From Felis catus (Eukaryota), in NCBI RefSeq assembly GCF_018350175.1, contig NC_058368.1, positions 219,606,001-219,670,000 on the forward strand: a stretch of DNA of 64,000 nt, written 5' to 3'. The translations under genes were made by a program, and so were the position numbers. Each line of letters starts with the position of its first letter. Positions within the stretch are counted from its first letter, which is position 1. Positions 13,808-26,225 of the stretch are shown here, piece after piece. The notes under the pieces were generated by a model. The model was not told the DNA's origin. It made no database searches and saw nothing but the letters and a program-made list of their open reading frames with translations.

Positions 13808-14873
13808 GTAAATTTTAGAACACGGTCATTATGATTTAATGTGACATTTACAACTTTTCCCCAAAGTAGCAATTAACATGTATGGTGTATTAATTTATTG
13901 ATCTGTGTTACAAAATGTTGTTTTCATAAGGTATTTAATCAGATTAATTTCTTGACAGTGTTCATTTTCTCAAAAATATCAAAAAAATAGTAAATTATTT
14001 GAAAGAAATCTCTACATGAGTACTAATGAAGAGATTGGATCTTGTAAACATTAGAAAGGCTGGAAATAATCAGACACATGGGGTAGAGAAATGAATGACT
14101 CAGTGAGACCCTTGTGCAAATTTCAATGATACTTAGCAGCAACTGATTCACCAAAGCCAAGAAGGCATGGAGTATGGGTCAGAAGAAAGACAAGTAACCA
14201 TATTAGCCTGTGAGGGTTTAAGTGCAAAAGCAGTTGCAAGGACAAGATACACTATTCTTTTGTGTAATATGTAAATATTACGATGTCTCTGCGATCAAAA
14301 ATACTGAAATTACATTTCTTGCATTCCCAAAAAGAGCAAAAACAGATTTTTATAGGAAAAAATAGGAAAATAGTTATTTTTAAAAAGTTGAACAGCTTTA
14401 TTCTTTGAAAAATATATGTGGTAATTATCTTAGTCTAAAAGTGTGTAGAGCTTAACCCCCCCTCCCCCCACAATAAGTATATGTTAAACTAACACTATCA
14501 GGTGATCTTTCCAAAATGGCATACATATTTTAGAGTAAATGTAAATATGGTTATTCTTAAAATAAATGTAATAACTACCTTACTACCTTGGCATATTTGG
14601 AAATACCTTCATAATGCTGTAGCTACACTGGTAGAGGCAGATGGCTATATCACCTCTGGGTGGCTTTCAGAATATCAGAAAGAAGTTGAAGATAATGGAT
14701 AGTTTTACATTAACCTAATTTTTATTTGAAATATTTGATATGGTAGAAAGTGCACAAATCAGTTGAAGAGAGGACACCCACTGGTAACATCTGTTTACTA
14801 AATTGGAGTTGCTGAAATGTCTGTTTTGTATCCCTCTGAACGTCTAAAATAATTGTGATGGGAAAAATTAGCC

Positions 14874-14965
14874 TAGGGTTGGCAGATAAGACACAAAATG
14901 TCCACTTTCATCTGCATATCAGTAAAACAACACCCATTATTTTATTTGCTGAATCTGGCATCCTA
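14874..14965. mobile_element. Internally deleted MER53-like hAT MITE
   Basis: Inverted termini TAGGGTTGGCAGAT ... ATCTGGCATCCTA, plus TTTTATTTGCTGAATCTGG, resemble the recalled MER53 consensus. Confidence 0.65.
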
Positions 14966-15734
14966 TATATGGAACGTAGACTGGACATCCCTAATACTGA
15001 ACTGGCGACATCATTCATCTTTCTAAGCGTGTTTTAATTTATGTTCCTGTTAAACCAAGCCCTGGCTCCCAATAAACCACCTCTCAATTTTGAAAAGTAT
15101 TAGAGACTTGAAATAGTGTTACCTTATCACAACATTTCACAGTTACTAGGTAAGCACCTTTAGGCTAATCTTAATTAAGTTCTCACAAGTAGTGGCATCT
15201 TCCTATATTTGGGAGAGTTCCTGATCTTATATGAATTACTCAGAGCAAGAGTTGAAGCCTTATAAATATACATCTGAACATGTCACTATATAGAACACCA
15301 CTAAAGTCAGATGGAATATAGGATATAATCCTGCATAAATTCACTAATTTGTTATCATGCATTTTGAAAGAAATTCTATTGAGAAATGGAATTGCTCTTC
15401 TTGAGAAAATACCCTTGTGTTTATCTATATGTTCAGCTTAAAAAACTTTATGGTATAAGTTTTTAAAATTTAATTTCTTGCTTCTGTGATAACACACTTG
15501 GAGCTTTTAATTGTTAAGATTCCCTTACTTTCCACTAACATAGATTGAAAGCATAATTATACGATGACTTTTTGAATATTTAATAAAATGGTTTGAATAG
15601 AATGGCTAGTTTAGGGTAAAATGACATTTTGTTCTTCAATATAATAAAACTATTGTAGATAAAATTAACATTTAGAAACTTTGGAAAAGTTAAAAAAGGG
15701 AAAGGCAAGAAGATTCTAAATATAACCATACGCT

Positions 15735-17945
15735 AGCACCTGTTGTTTTTTGTGTTGTTGATTTTAGCCATTCTGACAGGTGTGAGGTAATATCTCACTG
15801 TAGTTTTAATTTTTATTTTCTGATGATCAGTGATATTGAGCATCTTTTCATGTGTCTGTTTGCCATATGTATGTATTTTTTGTAAAAAATGCCCATTCTT
15901 ATCTTCTGCCCATTTTTTAATTAGATTATTTGTTTTTTTGGTGTTGAGTTTTGTAAGTCCTTTCTAGATTTTGGATACTAACCCCTTATCAGGTATGTCA
16001 TTTGCAGATATCTTTTCCAGTTCTGTAGGTTGCCTTTTAGTTTTGTTGATTGTTTCCTTCGCTGTGCAGGAGCTTTATCTTTTGATGAAGTGCCAATAGT
16101 CTATTTTTGCTTTTGTTTCTTTTGCCTCAGGAGACATGTCTAGTCAGAAGTTGCTATGGCTGATGTCAAAGAGGTTACTACTACCTGTGTTCTCTTCTAG
16201 GATTTTTGTGGTTTCAGATCTCACATTTAGGTCATTCAGTCTTTAATCCATTTGGAATTTATTTTTGGGTTTGGTGTAAGAAAGTGGTCCAGTTTCATTC
16301 TTTTGCATGATGTCATCCAGTTTTCCTAACACCATTTGTTGAAAAGACGGTCTTTTCCCCACTGGATATTCTTTCCTGCTTTGTCAAAGATTAACTGACC
16401 ATGTAGTTGTGGGCTCATTTCTGGGTTTTCTATTTTGTTCTGTCGATCCATATGTGTCTATTTTTGTGCCAGTACCATACTGTTTTTATCACTACAACTT
16501 TGTAATGTAAGTTGAAGTCTGGAATTGTGATGCCTCCAGCTTTGCTGTTTTCTTTCAAGGTGGCCTTAGCTATTTAGGGTTTGTTGTGGTTTCATACACA
16601 TTTTAGGATTGTTCTTCTAGCTCTGTGGAAAATGCTGTTGGTATTTTGATAGGGATTGCATCAAATGTGTAGATCGTTCTGGGTAATATAGAGATTTTAA
16701 CAATATTTGTTCTTCTAATACATGAGCATGGAATGTTTTTCCATTTCTTTGTGTTCACTTCCATTTCTTTCATCAGTGTTTTATAGTTTTCAGAGGACGG
16801 GTCTTTCACCTCTTTGGGTAGGTTTGTTCCTAGGTATCTTATTGATTTTGGTGCAATTGTGAATGGGATTGATTCTTTAATTTCTCTTTCTGCTGCTTCG
16901 TTATTGGTTTATAGAAATACAACAGATTTCTGTACGTTTATTTTGTATCTTGTGACTTTACTGACTTCATGTGTCACTTCTAACAATTTTTTGGTGGAGT
17001 CTTTTGGGTTTTCTATATGGAGTATCATGTCATGTACAAATAGTGAAGGTTTTACTTCTTCCTTGTGGATTTGGATGGCTTTTATTTCTTTTTGTTGTCT
17101 GATTGCTGTGCCGAGGACTTCCAGTACTATGTTAAACAACAATGGTGAGAGTGGACATCCCTGTCTCATTCCTGACCATGGAGGAAAAGCTCTCAATTTT
17201 TCCCCATTAAGAATAATATTAATTGTGGGTTTTTCATATAGGGCCTTTATTATTTTCAGGTATGTTCTTTCTAAACTTACTTTGTTGAGGCTTTTGTCAT
17301 GAATGAGTGTTGGCAATGATGTGGAGAAAGGGGAACCCTCTTACAGGATTGGTGGGAATGCAAACTGGTCCAGCCACTCTGGAAAACAGTATGAAGTTTC
17401 ATCAAGAAGTTAAAAAGAGAAGTACCCACGGTACAGAACTTTTACTACTATGTATTTACCCAAAGAATACAAAAATACTATTTCAAAAGGATGCATCCTA
17501 GTGTTTATAGCAGCATTATCTACAATAGTCAAATTATGGAAACAGCCCAATCTACTCTGACTGATGAATGGATAAAGATGAAGTGTTGCATGGGTGGAGC
17601 TAAGCTAAATCAATCAATCAGAGAAAGACAAATACCATATGATGTCACTCATATGTGGAATTTAAGATACAAAACAAAAGAACAAAGGGGGAAAAAAGAG
17701 ATAGAGAGAGACAAACCAAGAAATACATACTTACACTTAACTATAGAAAAGAAACTGATAATTGCCAGAGGAGAGATGCGTGGGGGGGTGGGTGAAACAG
17801 GTGATGGGATTAAGAAATGCCCTTGTTGGGATGAACACTTAGTGTTGTATGGAAGTGTTGAGGCACTATATTGCACACCTGAAATTAATACTACACTTTA
17901 TGTTGACTAACTGAAATTTAAATAAAAACTTAAAAAAAGAAAAAC
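15735..17945 (+). mobile_element. 5'-truncated, 5'-inverted (twin-primed) L1
   Basis: ORF2 is antisense over 15735-~17305 (RT fragment 16909-17316 on -), then switches to sense at ~17307 and continues through the 3' UTR to AATAAA and an A tail at ~17921-17944. Confidence 0.9.
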
Positions 17946-18760
17946 ATATATATCCATATGCCTATAAATACTAATTTTAGTGTAGGTTTGAGACTGGAAG
18001 AATTATATCCTAATACTTCTTGGAAGAAAAGTCAGATTTGCAAAATTATCAGGGCCACATTTTATTTTATTTTTTTAATTTGCAGGTGTACATCTTCTAT
18101 TTTGCTAATCTCCTTTCCTAGCTTATGCAGTTAACCTATGTAGTAGAAACAACTTCTTACTAATAATTTAGGAAATGACAGTTTTATAGTCAACCACTAT
18201 ACCTGCAATAAATTATCACTGTTCTTTTTCTGTCCTACACGATTTGAGCAATTGGCTAACTCACTCCCTTCCCTGCGTTAGCATTTTACACAAGCTTATG
18301 GGATTGGCTAAATAAGACTAAGTGCATTGGATAAACGGAATAGAAAATTATCATGCAAGTGTGTAATGATTTTATTGAAAAAATACTGATTATAGAAGGC
18401 TAGGATAAATCTTTGTTTATTAACTGTACCACCTCCATTTAAGGATACTGGCTGAGTTACCAGATAAAGAAAATTTCAGTAGCAATATACTGGGTAGTAG
18501 AATGCTAGTGTTTATTCAACCCTTACATTTCTCTGTGCCTCTGTTAGGCACCCCACATCAGCTGTCTTCCACCAGTACTTTGGGTTATATATTATATTCA
18601 TTTTAATGGGGAGAAATTAAAGTTCAGAAATATAAATAACTTCCTCACTGTTGTTCATATATTGGGACCCTTGAAGAGTTTGGAGTACATTGTTGATTTT
18701 AAGAGCGCAACTACACTTAACATTTGCCCATTCACATTTTTCTTCATGAAATTAGATTAG

Positions 18761-18767
18761 TGTGTGC

Positions 18768-18799
<32 letters not shown>

Positions 18800-18800
18800 T
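18761..18800. repeat. (TG)n microsatellite
   Basis: Direct TG dinucleotide run. Confidence 0.9.
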
Positions 18801-19174
18801 ACATAAATATACATGCATTTATAAATAAAAAAACATTTACTATGATTTTTTCTTCGTACGCATATGTATGTTTTCTGAAAATTCTGCAAACAAATATGCT
18901 ATCATCCTTGCAACCCTTCTCATAAAAACTTGCCATTTTAAAAGCATTATCTGAAAATTAGTTGGAAATCTAATAAATAAGCATAGTATCAGATACCTCC
19001 AGCTATCTAATCTATCTTATCTTTTAGTTGCATTGCATACATTTTATAGGAAAACTGACAGTAGTTTTATAATTTACATGAACATCTTTTTACTTATATG
19101 TCAAACCATCAGTGATCAAGACGAAAGAAAGGTACTATCCCAAGCCATTTTTAATATTTTCAAATTTATTTTAG

Positions 19175-19426
19175 ATAATACTGCCAGAATTTTAACCAGA
19201 AAAAACGGATTCAATAGACATGAAATAAGTACCTATCTCTTGCCCGTGGTGATATCAGACAATGATTACCCAATTCAGAGCAGCACAGGCACGCTGACCA
19301 TCCGAGTGTGTGCTTGCGACAGCCAAGGCAACATGCAGTCCTGCAGCGCTGAAGCTCTGCTCCTCCCCGCGGGTCTCAGCACCGGGGCCCTCATCGCCAT
19401 TCTCCTCTGCATCATTATTCTGCTGG
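19175..19426 (+). CDS. CDH10: Cadherin-10 coding exon (probably exon 11; end of EC5 and most of the transmembrane helix)
   Basis: TTTTAG acceptor and G|GTAAG donor, 252 nt. Encodes (D)[28 protein letters not shown]...[18 protein letters not shown]. Confidence 0.96.
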
Positions 19427-19508
19427 GTAAGAAACGGGTGTGAAAATATAATTATTTCTAGGTTGTATATTTGTAAATCAGAAATTCTGTTATCAAAATA
19501 ATTCTTCC

Positions 19509-19683
19509 GGGCGCCTGGGTGGCTCAGTCCTTAAGCATCAGACTTCGGCTCAGGTCATGAGTTCGAGTCCCACACTGGGTGAGCAGAAGCCCCTCTTTGT
19601 GTGAGCCCTGTTTCTCTCTCTCTCTCTCTCTCTCTCACTTTCACCTTGTCTCTTTCAAAAAAACCCAAAACTTTAATTTAAAA

Positions 19684-19722
<39 letters not shown>

Positions 19723-19723
19723 A
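19509..19723 (+). mobile_element. Can-SINE with a shortened body and (TAAA)n tail
   Basis: GGGCGCCTGGGTGGCTCAG head, (CT)n and (TAAA)n tail; lies 82 nt downstream of the exon donor. Confidence 0.85.
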
Positions 19724-20632
19724 ATATCTCCTCCCAAATTAACTCCAATATCTAAGACAGACATAGGTTAACCATAGGATATTGTTAAATTAAAATATTT
19801 TATCTGGTCAGATAGTTATTACATTTTTTTTTAAATAAGAACGAAAGTTAGAGCTGTTCGAAACATTTTTCAAGATCACACAATTTCTGAGTGGCTCAAC
19901 CAAGGCAAGACCCTTTGCTGTTAGTTGTAGGTAGATTTTTAGTAAATCTAAAGTTTATTTCCAGTTTTTTTGTTCATATTATGGCTGGATGGAGGTCTCA
20001 CTATCTTACCTTTTCACTGAAATAATGTTGAAATAGGCCTTTACCTGGTTCATTTTCCCTACAATAATACTTGATTTTATAACCTAGAGCAAATTGCTTT
20101 TTAACTGCCTTTGAATGAAAAATCTGATTAAGTTTACTCTCCAGTTGCATTATCTTAAAACTATTGTGCATATTCCTATGACCCTAATCAAAAAAACATT
20201 GTATCTGACATTTTAAGAAGCAGTAAAATGAACTTGGATTTTGGATCCAATCTTAGTAAGTTTCATTATCCTCATTATTAGAACATTTTTTACTGGGTAG
20301 GGTCGTTTGGTTGATAATAAGTAATCTAAGGTTCAAAATCTTTACATCACAAGTTTATGTCTGTGCATGAATATATGAATTTAAGCAAAATAAAATGTCA
20401 CATTTTCTCAAAGACTTGAATAATAAACTTTTTTTTTTCACTTAATGCTGGCCTATTTATTTTTTAACCACTTTGAAGGTCAAGAACACTTATCAATGGA
20501 TTAAAACTTTATTTTGTGTTGCATTAAAAGAGTCCCTTGTTTGCCCTTTCACACAAGCTTGAAGGCAAGCAGCCTGACAGTCCTGTGTTAATAAAGAGAA
20601 AACAAAACAAAACTTCACATAATAATATAATT

Positions 20633-20980
20633 CTCTTAGTTCAGGCTGCTGTAACAATACCATAAACTGGATGGCTTGAACCACACACATTTATTTCTCA
20701 TAGTTTTGGAGGCTGGAAAGTCCAAAATCAAGGCACTGGCAGATTCCAAATTTGGGGAGGGCATACTTCCTAGTTGAAGACAGCCGTCTTCAATTGTATC
20801 CCCACGTGGCAGACAGTAATCATCTGGTTGTTGCTTTTTATAAAAGCACTAAGCACTATTTCAATTCATGAGGGCTCCACTTAATGACTTAATTGCCTCC
20901 TAAAGACCCCACTTCCAAATACCATCACCTTGGGGATTTAGGCTTTAGCATGAATTTTGAGAGGACATATTCCATTCATA
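20633..20980 (-). mobile_element. ERVL-MaLR solo LTR (MLT1-like)
   Basis: TCTTAGTTCAGGCTGCTGTAACAATACCATAAACTGG..ATTTATTTCTCATAGTTTTGGAGGCTGGAAAGTCCAAAATCAAGG is typical reverse-strand MLT1 sequence. Confidence 0.8.
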
Positions 20981-21325
20981 ATGATAATAAATTCCATCTC
21001 CTATAAGTGTATATTCTAAAGAATTTAAATAAATATAGATATTTCACCGTACATATATCTGGTAAAAGATTTTCTCGCTCTTTCCTTATCTAATTGAATT
21101 CACTTCTGTTTCCCCAAGTCATCATTTTAAAGGATCATCTCCAAAATGTTTGTGGATACTGAATGAGGGTGGGAAAAGTCATACAACCAGAGGGAATCTG
21201 AGATTAATATTCTCCCATCTTTTATGCTATTGCCATTATTATGGTTAGTAAAATTATTATCTTATTATTATTTGTAACTTGTCGGGGAGGTAGGGAAATG
21301 TCCTTTTTGAGTGATACACGTTTCT

Positions 21326-21546
21326 TTTTTTTATTTTTTTTTATTATTTTATTTTATTTTTTTTTGACAGAGACAGAGCATGAGCAGGGGAGGGACAGAG
21401 AGAGAGAGGGAGACACAGAATCGGAAGCAGGCTCCAGGCTCTGAGCTGTCAGCACAGAGCCCAATGCGTGGCTCGAACTCACGAACTGGCAGATAGTGAC
21501 CTAAGCCAAAGTCAGATGCTCAACCCACTGAGCCACCCAGGCGCCC
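21326..21546 (-). mobile_element. Can-SINE (feline type)
   Basis: Reverse SINE with a perfect 18-bp TSD TGAGTGATACACGTTTCT. Confidence 0.95.
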
Positions 21547-22381
21547 TGAGTGATACACGTTTCTATTGTGTATCTACAATTGTTTAAGATGTATCTAGCT
21601 AAGGTTCAACATAGTTTCTGTAGGTAATTCAGTGTAGAAGCTGGAATTCACTCTTTGCCATCTTGTGGTCCTACAACTTATTTTTGGTCTCACATAAATA
21701 CATACTTTCATGTAATACCTCAAAGATTGCCAAACCAAGAGTGTCTAATCAGGAGGTCACTTCCCCTCCACTAATTAAGACACTGTAAGTAAAAAAAATA
21801 CAAGAAAAAAAAATCTTTTTAACAATGTAACAAAAAGAAATCTATGTAAATCCATCAGCAAAGCTATTTAACCCAAACCAATACCTCCATATCTCGCAAA
21901 GAATGCTTCTTTTTTTCATATTGTATAAGGATGTGAAAACTATGGGCATGTTTTTGTCCTTAATTGTTTTATTTGAAGCTGAATTCAATGTGTGTCTATT
22001 TTTTATGTAACACCTTATGTCACTATTCAATGCAAAATATAAATAATGTCTGTACAATCAGGAGCTAACTTTAAACAGTTCTTAGGAAAAAAAAATAGAC
22101 AAAATATCTCACTGTATTTGAGAAATATCCCAGATGGCTTTAAACATAAATCGCAAACACTGCACTTAAACCACCCTCCCTGGCCAAATCCTCAACAATC
22201 TCCTCTCCCTTCCCCCCACCCCCCTCCACCCCCCAAAAGGATGGAAGGACAAAATTAATCTGAAATTCTAGCCTGTCCCCGAAAACCTAAGTAACTTAAA
22301 CTCCTTTCCAGTGCTTCCACTCGTCATTTATGTAGTGTTTTTAGATGGACCGCTAATGAATCTTCTTTTCTTTTTTTCAAG

Positions 22382-22872
22382 TGATAGTAGTACTGTTTGC
22401 AGCTCTGAAAAGACAGCGAAAAAAGGAGCCTCTGATCTTGTCTAAAGAGGACATCAGAGACAACATCGTGAGCTATAACGACGAGGGTGGCGGAGAGGAG
22501 GACACGCAGGCCTTTGATATCGGCACCCTGAGGAATCCTGCAGCGATCGAGGAGAAGAAGCTTCGGCGAGACATCATCCCGGAGACGTTATTCATACCTC
22601 GCAGGACTCCCACGGCCCCGGATAACACAGACGTCCGCGATTTCATTAACGAAAGGCTGAAAGAGCATGATCTCGACCCCACCGCGCCCCCCTACGACTC
22701 CCTGGCAACCTACGCCTACGAAGGGAACGATTCCATCGCGGAGTCTCTGAGCTCCTTAGACTCGGGGACCACTGACGGAGACCAAAACTACGATTACCTC
22801 CGAGAGTGGGGCCCCCGGTTTAACAAGCTGGCCGAAATGTACGGTGGCGGGGACAGCGACAAAGACTCTTAA
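22382..22872 (+). CDS. CDH10: Cadherin-10 terminal coding exon (end of TM plus cytoplasmic p120- and beta-catenin-binding tail)
   Basis: Branch point CGCTAAT (~22351), pyrimidine tract and AAG acceptor. Encodes (V)[59 protein letters not shown] with TAA at 22870-22872; matches recalled CDH10. Confidence 0.97.
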
Positions 22873-23440
22873 CCTAGGCTATCGATTCTGTTCCAACAAG
22901 AGGAGGTAACTCGACGGACACCGTCCGCCCCTTCACAATATTTGATATTCAGGAGAGTTTTCCTGCCACTCAGCACAATTTTTTCCCATTTACTTCTTAA
23001 TTTGTTCATTAATTCCATTAATTCTTTCCTGTAGGATGTCTCATGGAATATATGCGAAATTTTATTTAATCACTTCCAAGAGCCAAAGCTATGGAAATTC
23101 AGTGTGGTCCATCTTAGAAATAAAAGATAATTTCAGAAACACGAACAGGATAGGAACCTCACAAGCCGCTTCTGTTAGATACACGTCCTGCCCTTGCAAA
23201 TGAAGCTTTTATTAAAAAAAAAAAAAAAAAAAAAAAAGGTGAAGAAAAACATTTAAGGTATATCCTGTTCTGTACATTAAATTAAAAAAAAAAGTACATG
23301 TGGTGTTAGTAGGTGTGATATGCAACCTGGTATACAAACGTTTGTGCAATTTCATTTCATCAAATTCTATCTGCTAATGTTTTATATTTATATTTTTGTA
23401 TTTATTTTTAAAAAAAATAAACAAGTTTTTACAACTACCT
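22873..23440 (+). other. CDH10: CDH10 3' UTR with candidate polyadenylation signals
   Basis: AATAAA at 23119-23124 and at 23416-23421, the latter flanked by U-rich sequence; genomic A24 tract at 23214-23237. The 3' end is inferred. Confidence 0.65.
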
Positions 23441-24539
23441 TGTCTCCAGCTTCATTTTTTTTCCTAGGAAGAAGTTTCTTCATGGACTCTCTTGGTACAA
23501 AAGTCCACTGAATGCAGGTAAGAGCACAAAGTCATTACTGTTACTTTGGCATCTAAACAAGTTAATAGGATATAGGTATGAATTGTTTTTCTAGTGAGTT
23601 TTGTTATGCTCCGATACGTGAAAAACTGGTCAAATTAAAAGTAATAGTCATGTACCATTAAGTCGATTTAAAAGCATGGCTGTCTTTATGCTAAATATCC
23701 CCAGACATCAGCAATACAGTCATTTCATTTTGTTCATATTCATTAAAATAATATCTGAAAGAATATAACTTTTTTATTTTTGTATGACATTTGTTCTTTG
23801 AGTTTTATAGGTAAGAATATTTCAGACAGATTTCATACTGAAATAATCCTTTAATGGAAAATATACTTGCTTCCCATGGTGACTTTGAAAATGCTTAGTT
23901 ATGATAGTAATAATGCTGAATATTCCATTAAGATACAGCATCGTGATTATGTCAAGTTTTCAAAAAGGCATTATAGATTTATTTGTAATTAAGTCTGTTT
24001 TTCTGTCAATGAATGATTCAATAGAAAGGAAAAAAAAATACTGGCAGTTAATTATCTGGTGTCCCTGAGATTCACAAAAGCCAACTGCCACCAACTGCTC
24101 TCTTGTCTCTCAAGCTCCAAATATGATTTATTTATAAATGGAGCTCTCTGTTGGGCCTACACTAGGAAGGCGCATTCCCTGCTGAGGAAATCATAAACAA
24201 TACCAAAGATTTGTGTGCTTTCCAATTAGTGAAAATGCTATGCTTTTGGAGTGAGAGTACAATATTGACATATCCTTAGTGCAGAATTATTTATTTCAGT
24301 CTTCTTGGATGATATTTTCCCCCCAACTTCCAGGCTGAAAAAGCATACATTTCACTGACTACAGACAGTTTGCGTGGTAATATAATTGTGAATGAAAAAC
24401 AACCTATGTGGTCTAGTTAAAATTCGTCACATTACAAGGCTGATACATCAGATCATAGTAAAACCTAACTTGGTTCACTTATTGTATTTCAAGATGCCAT
24501 TCATATACCCAGAAGGCTGACTAAAAAGGACAGAGTTTA

Positions 24540-24771
24540 TTTATTTATTTATTTTTAATTTTTTTTAATGGTTATTTGTATTTTGAGAGACAGAGTGTAA
24601 GTGGGGGAGGGGCAGAGAGAGAGAGGGAGACACAGGATCCGAAGCAGGCTCCAGGCTCCAGGCTCTGAGCTGTCAGCACAGAGCCGGACACGGGGCTCGA
24701 ACTCACAGACTGTGAGATCATGACCTGAGCTGAAGTCGAACGCTTAACCAGACGGAGCCACCTAGGTGCCC
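24540..24771 (-). mobile_element. Can-SINE (feline type)
   Basis: Reverse SINE; TSD TAAAAAGGACAGAGTTTA/TAAAAAGGACAAAGTTTA. Confidence 0.93.
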
Positions 24772-26225
24772 TAAAAAGGACAAAGTTTAAAAGGGAAAAT
24801 AAATGAAATAAAACAAAAACTAAACAGAAGGAAAAGAAAATCCTGAATGTCCTAGGATCATGCATTCAAATAAAATCAACACAAATTGGAAAAATTAGAA
24901 GACAGTATATTTTACAAACATTTCACAATAATTATGATTAAAAACATAATATTCATTTGGTTGAAAATTAGTTTATAAATTTCCAGCATTAACTATTTTT
25001 ATTAATATTGGATAACAGTAATTGGAATTCTTGATCTGAATATTTTTAATTATCCTCATCAGATAATTTCAAACTGACATTAACTTGCTCTGTCACTTTT
25101 TTTTATCATCCAATTTTAATAAATTTAAGAACTGTAGCAGTGATCTCTAGTATCATCCAAATCAGATTTCCAAAATTATTGTTAAGGAGATTGATCAGCC
25201 GGGATTTCTGCCTATATCTTATGTTGTACAGAAATCATTTTTTCAGAGATCTGAAACAGTCCTTCGTAACAGATATCCTATTATTTTTTGATAATGAAGG
25301 TTACATGTTAAATTTCTTGGAGATCCTGAAATGAAAAAGTATCCCTATAATGTCCTGCTCAGACTCTCTCAGTAGTCTCCTTACATGATGCTCTGTTAAG
25401 AAATGCCCAATACATAGGTTATTATATGTCTAAGTTTTTGTTTTTATATTGCAAATGGGGAAAATGTCTCTCAGTATCATGATATTGATTACATCAGATA
25501 ACTGTGGGTTTTTCATTTATTCATCCATTTATCTTTTCATTCATCAAATATTTTGAACATCTATTATAAAAACCAAAAGGTATTCTAGACCCTAGGGAAG
25601 TAATAATAAATTATACATGATTTTTGTATATGTGTATAATCCCTCTATTCCTGAAAATGCAAAAAATGGTAAAAATAGTTATCAAAATACTCAGTATTTA
25701 TAATAAAAGACTTAACTTTCACTGTGATTAACTTTTTTTAAACACAGAGAAAAATTATTCTGCCATCCTTTATCATGCTTGAAATATTTGGATAAGTGAA
25801 ATAAAATGATTTATAACCTTTAGTCATTAGAAATGGCAGTTAAGTCGATCAATTCTCAATTGATTTTATTTTCAACAAACTATCAAAGAAATTTCATGCA
25901 ATGATAAATTAATACTCTTAGGCTGAGTGTCTATATAGTCAGGTAGATATGTCACACAGTGAGAAGAGTTCCAGTAATTCCTTGGGAGACTTAAACATAT
26001 AAATTATGAACAATTAGATGTCTAAGTCTCAAAAATTTGAAACCCCTCAGATTTCAGATTGAGAATTACGAGTCTCTGGTTCATTGACTAACACATCTAC
26101 CTAAGTGTCTGTATAGGTCTTCATTATGCTTCACCAGCTACACCCCCCTTTGCTGGCCTTTGTTGCCTGGCTTAGGCTGACCATAGGCTGCAGCTCCCCT
26201 GCCCTGTGGACTTGCGCCTGGGCGG

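Noticed and set aside
7455..22872. Assignment to CDH6, CDH7 or CDH9
   Set aside because: The peptides [39 protein letters not shown] and the C-terminal SDKDS match my recollection of CDH10 rather than its paralogues; BLASTP would confirm.
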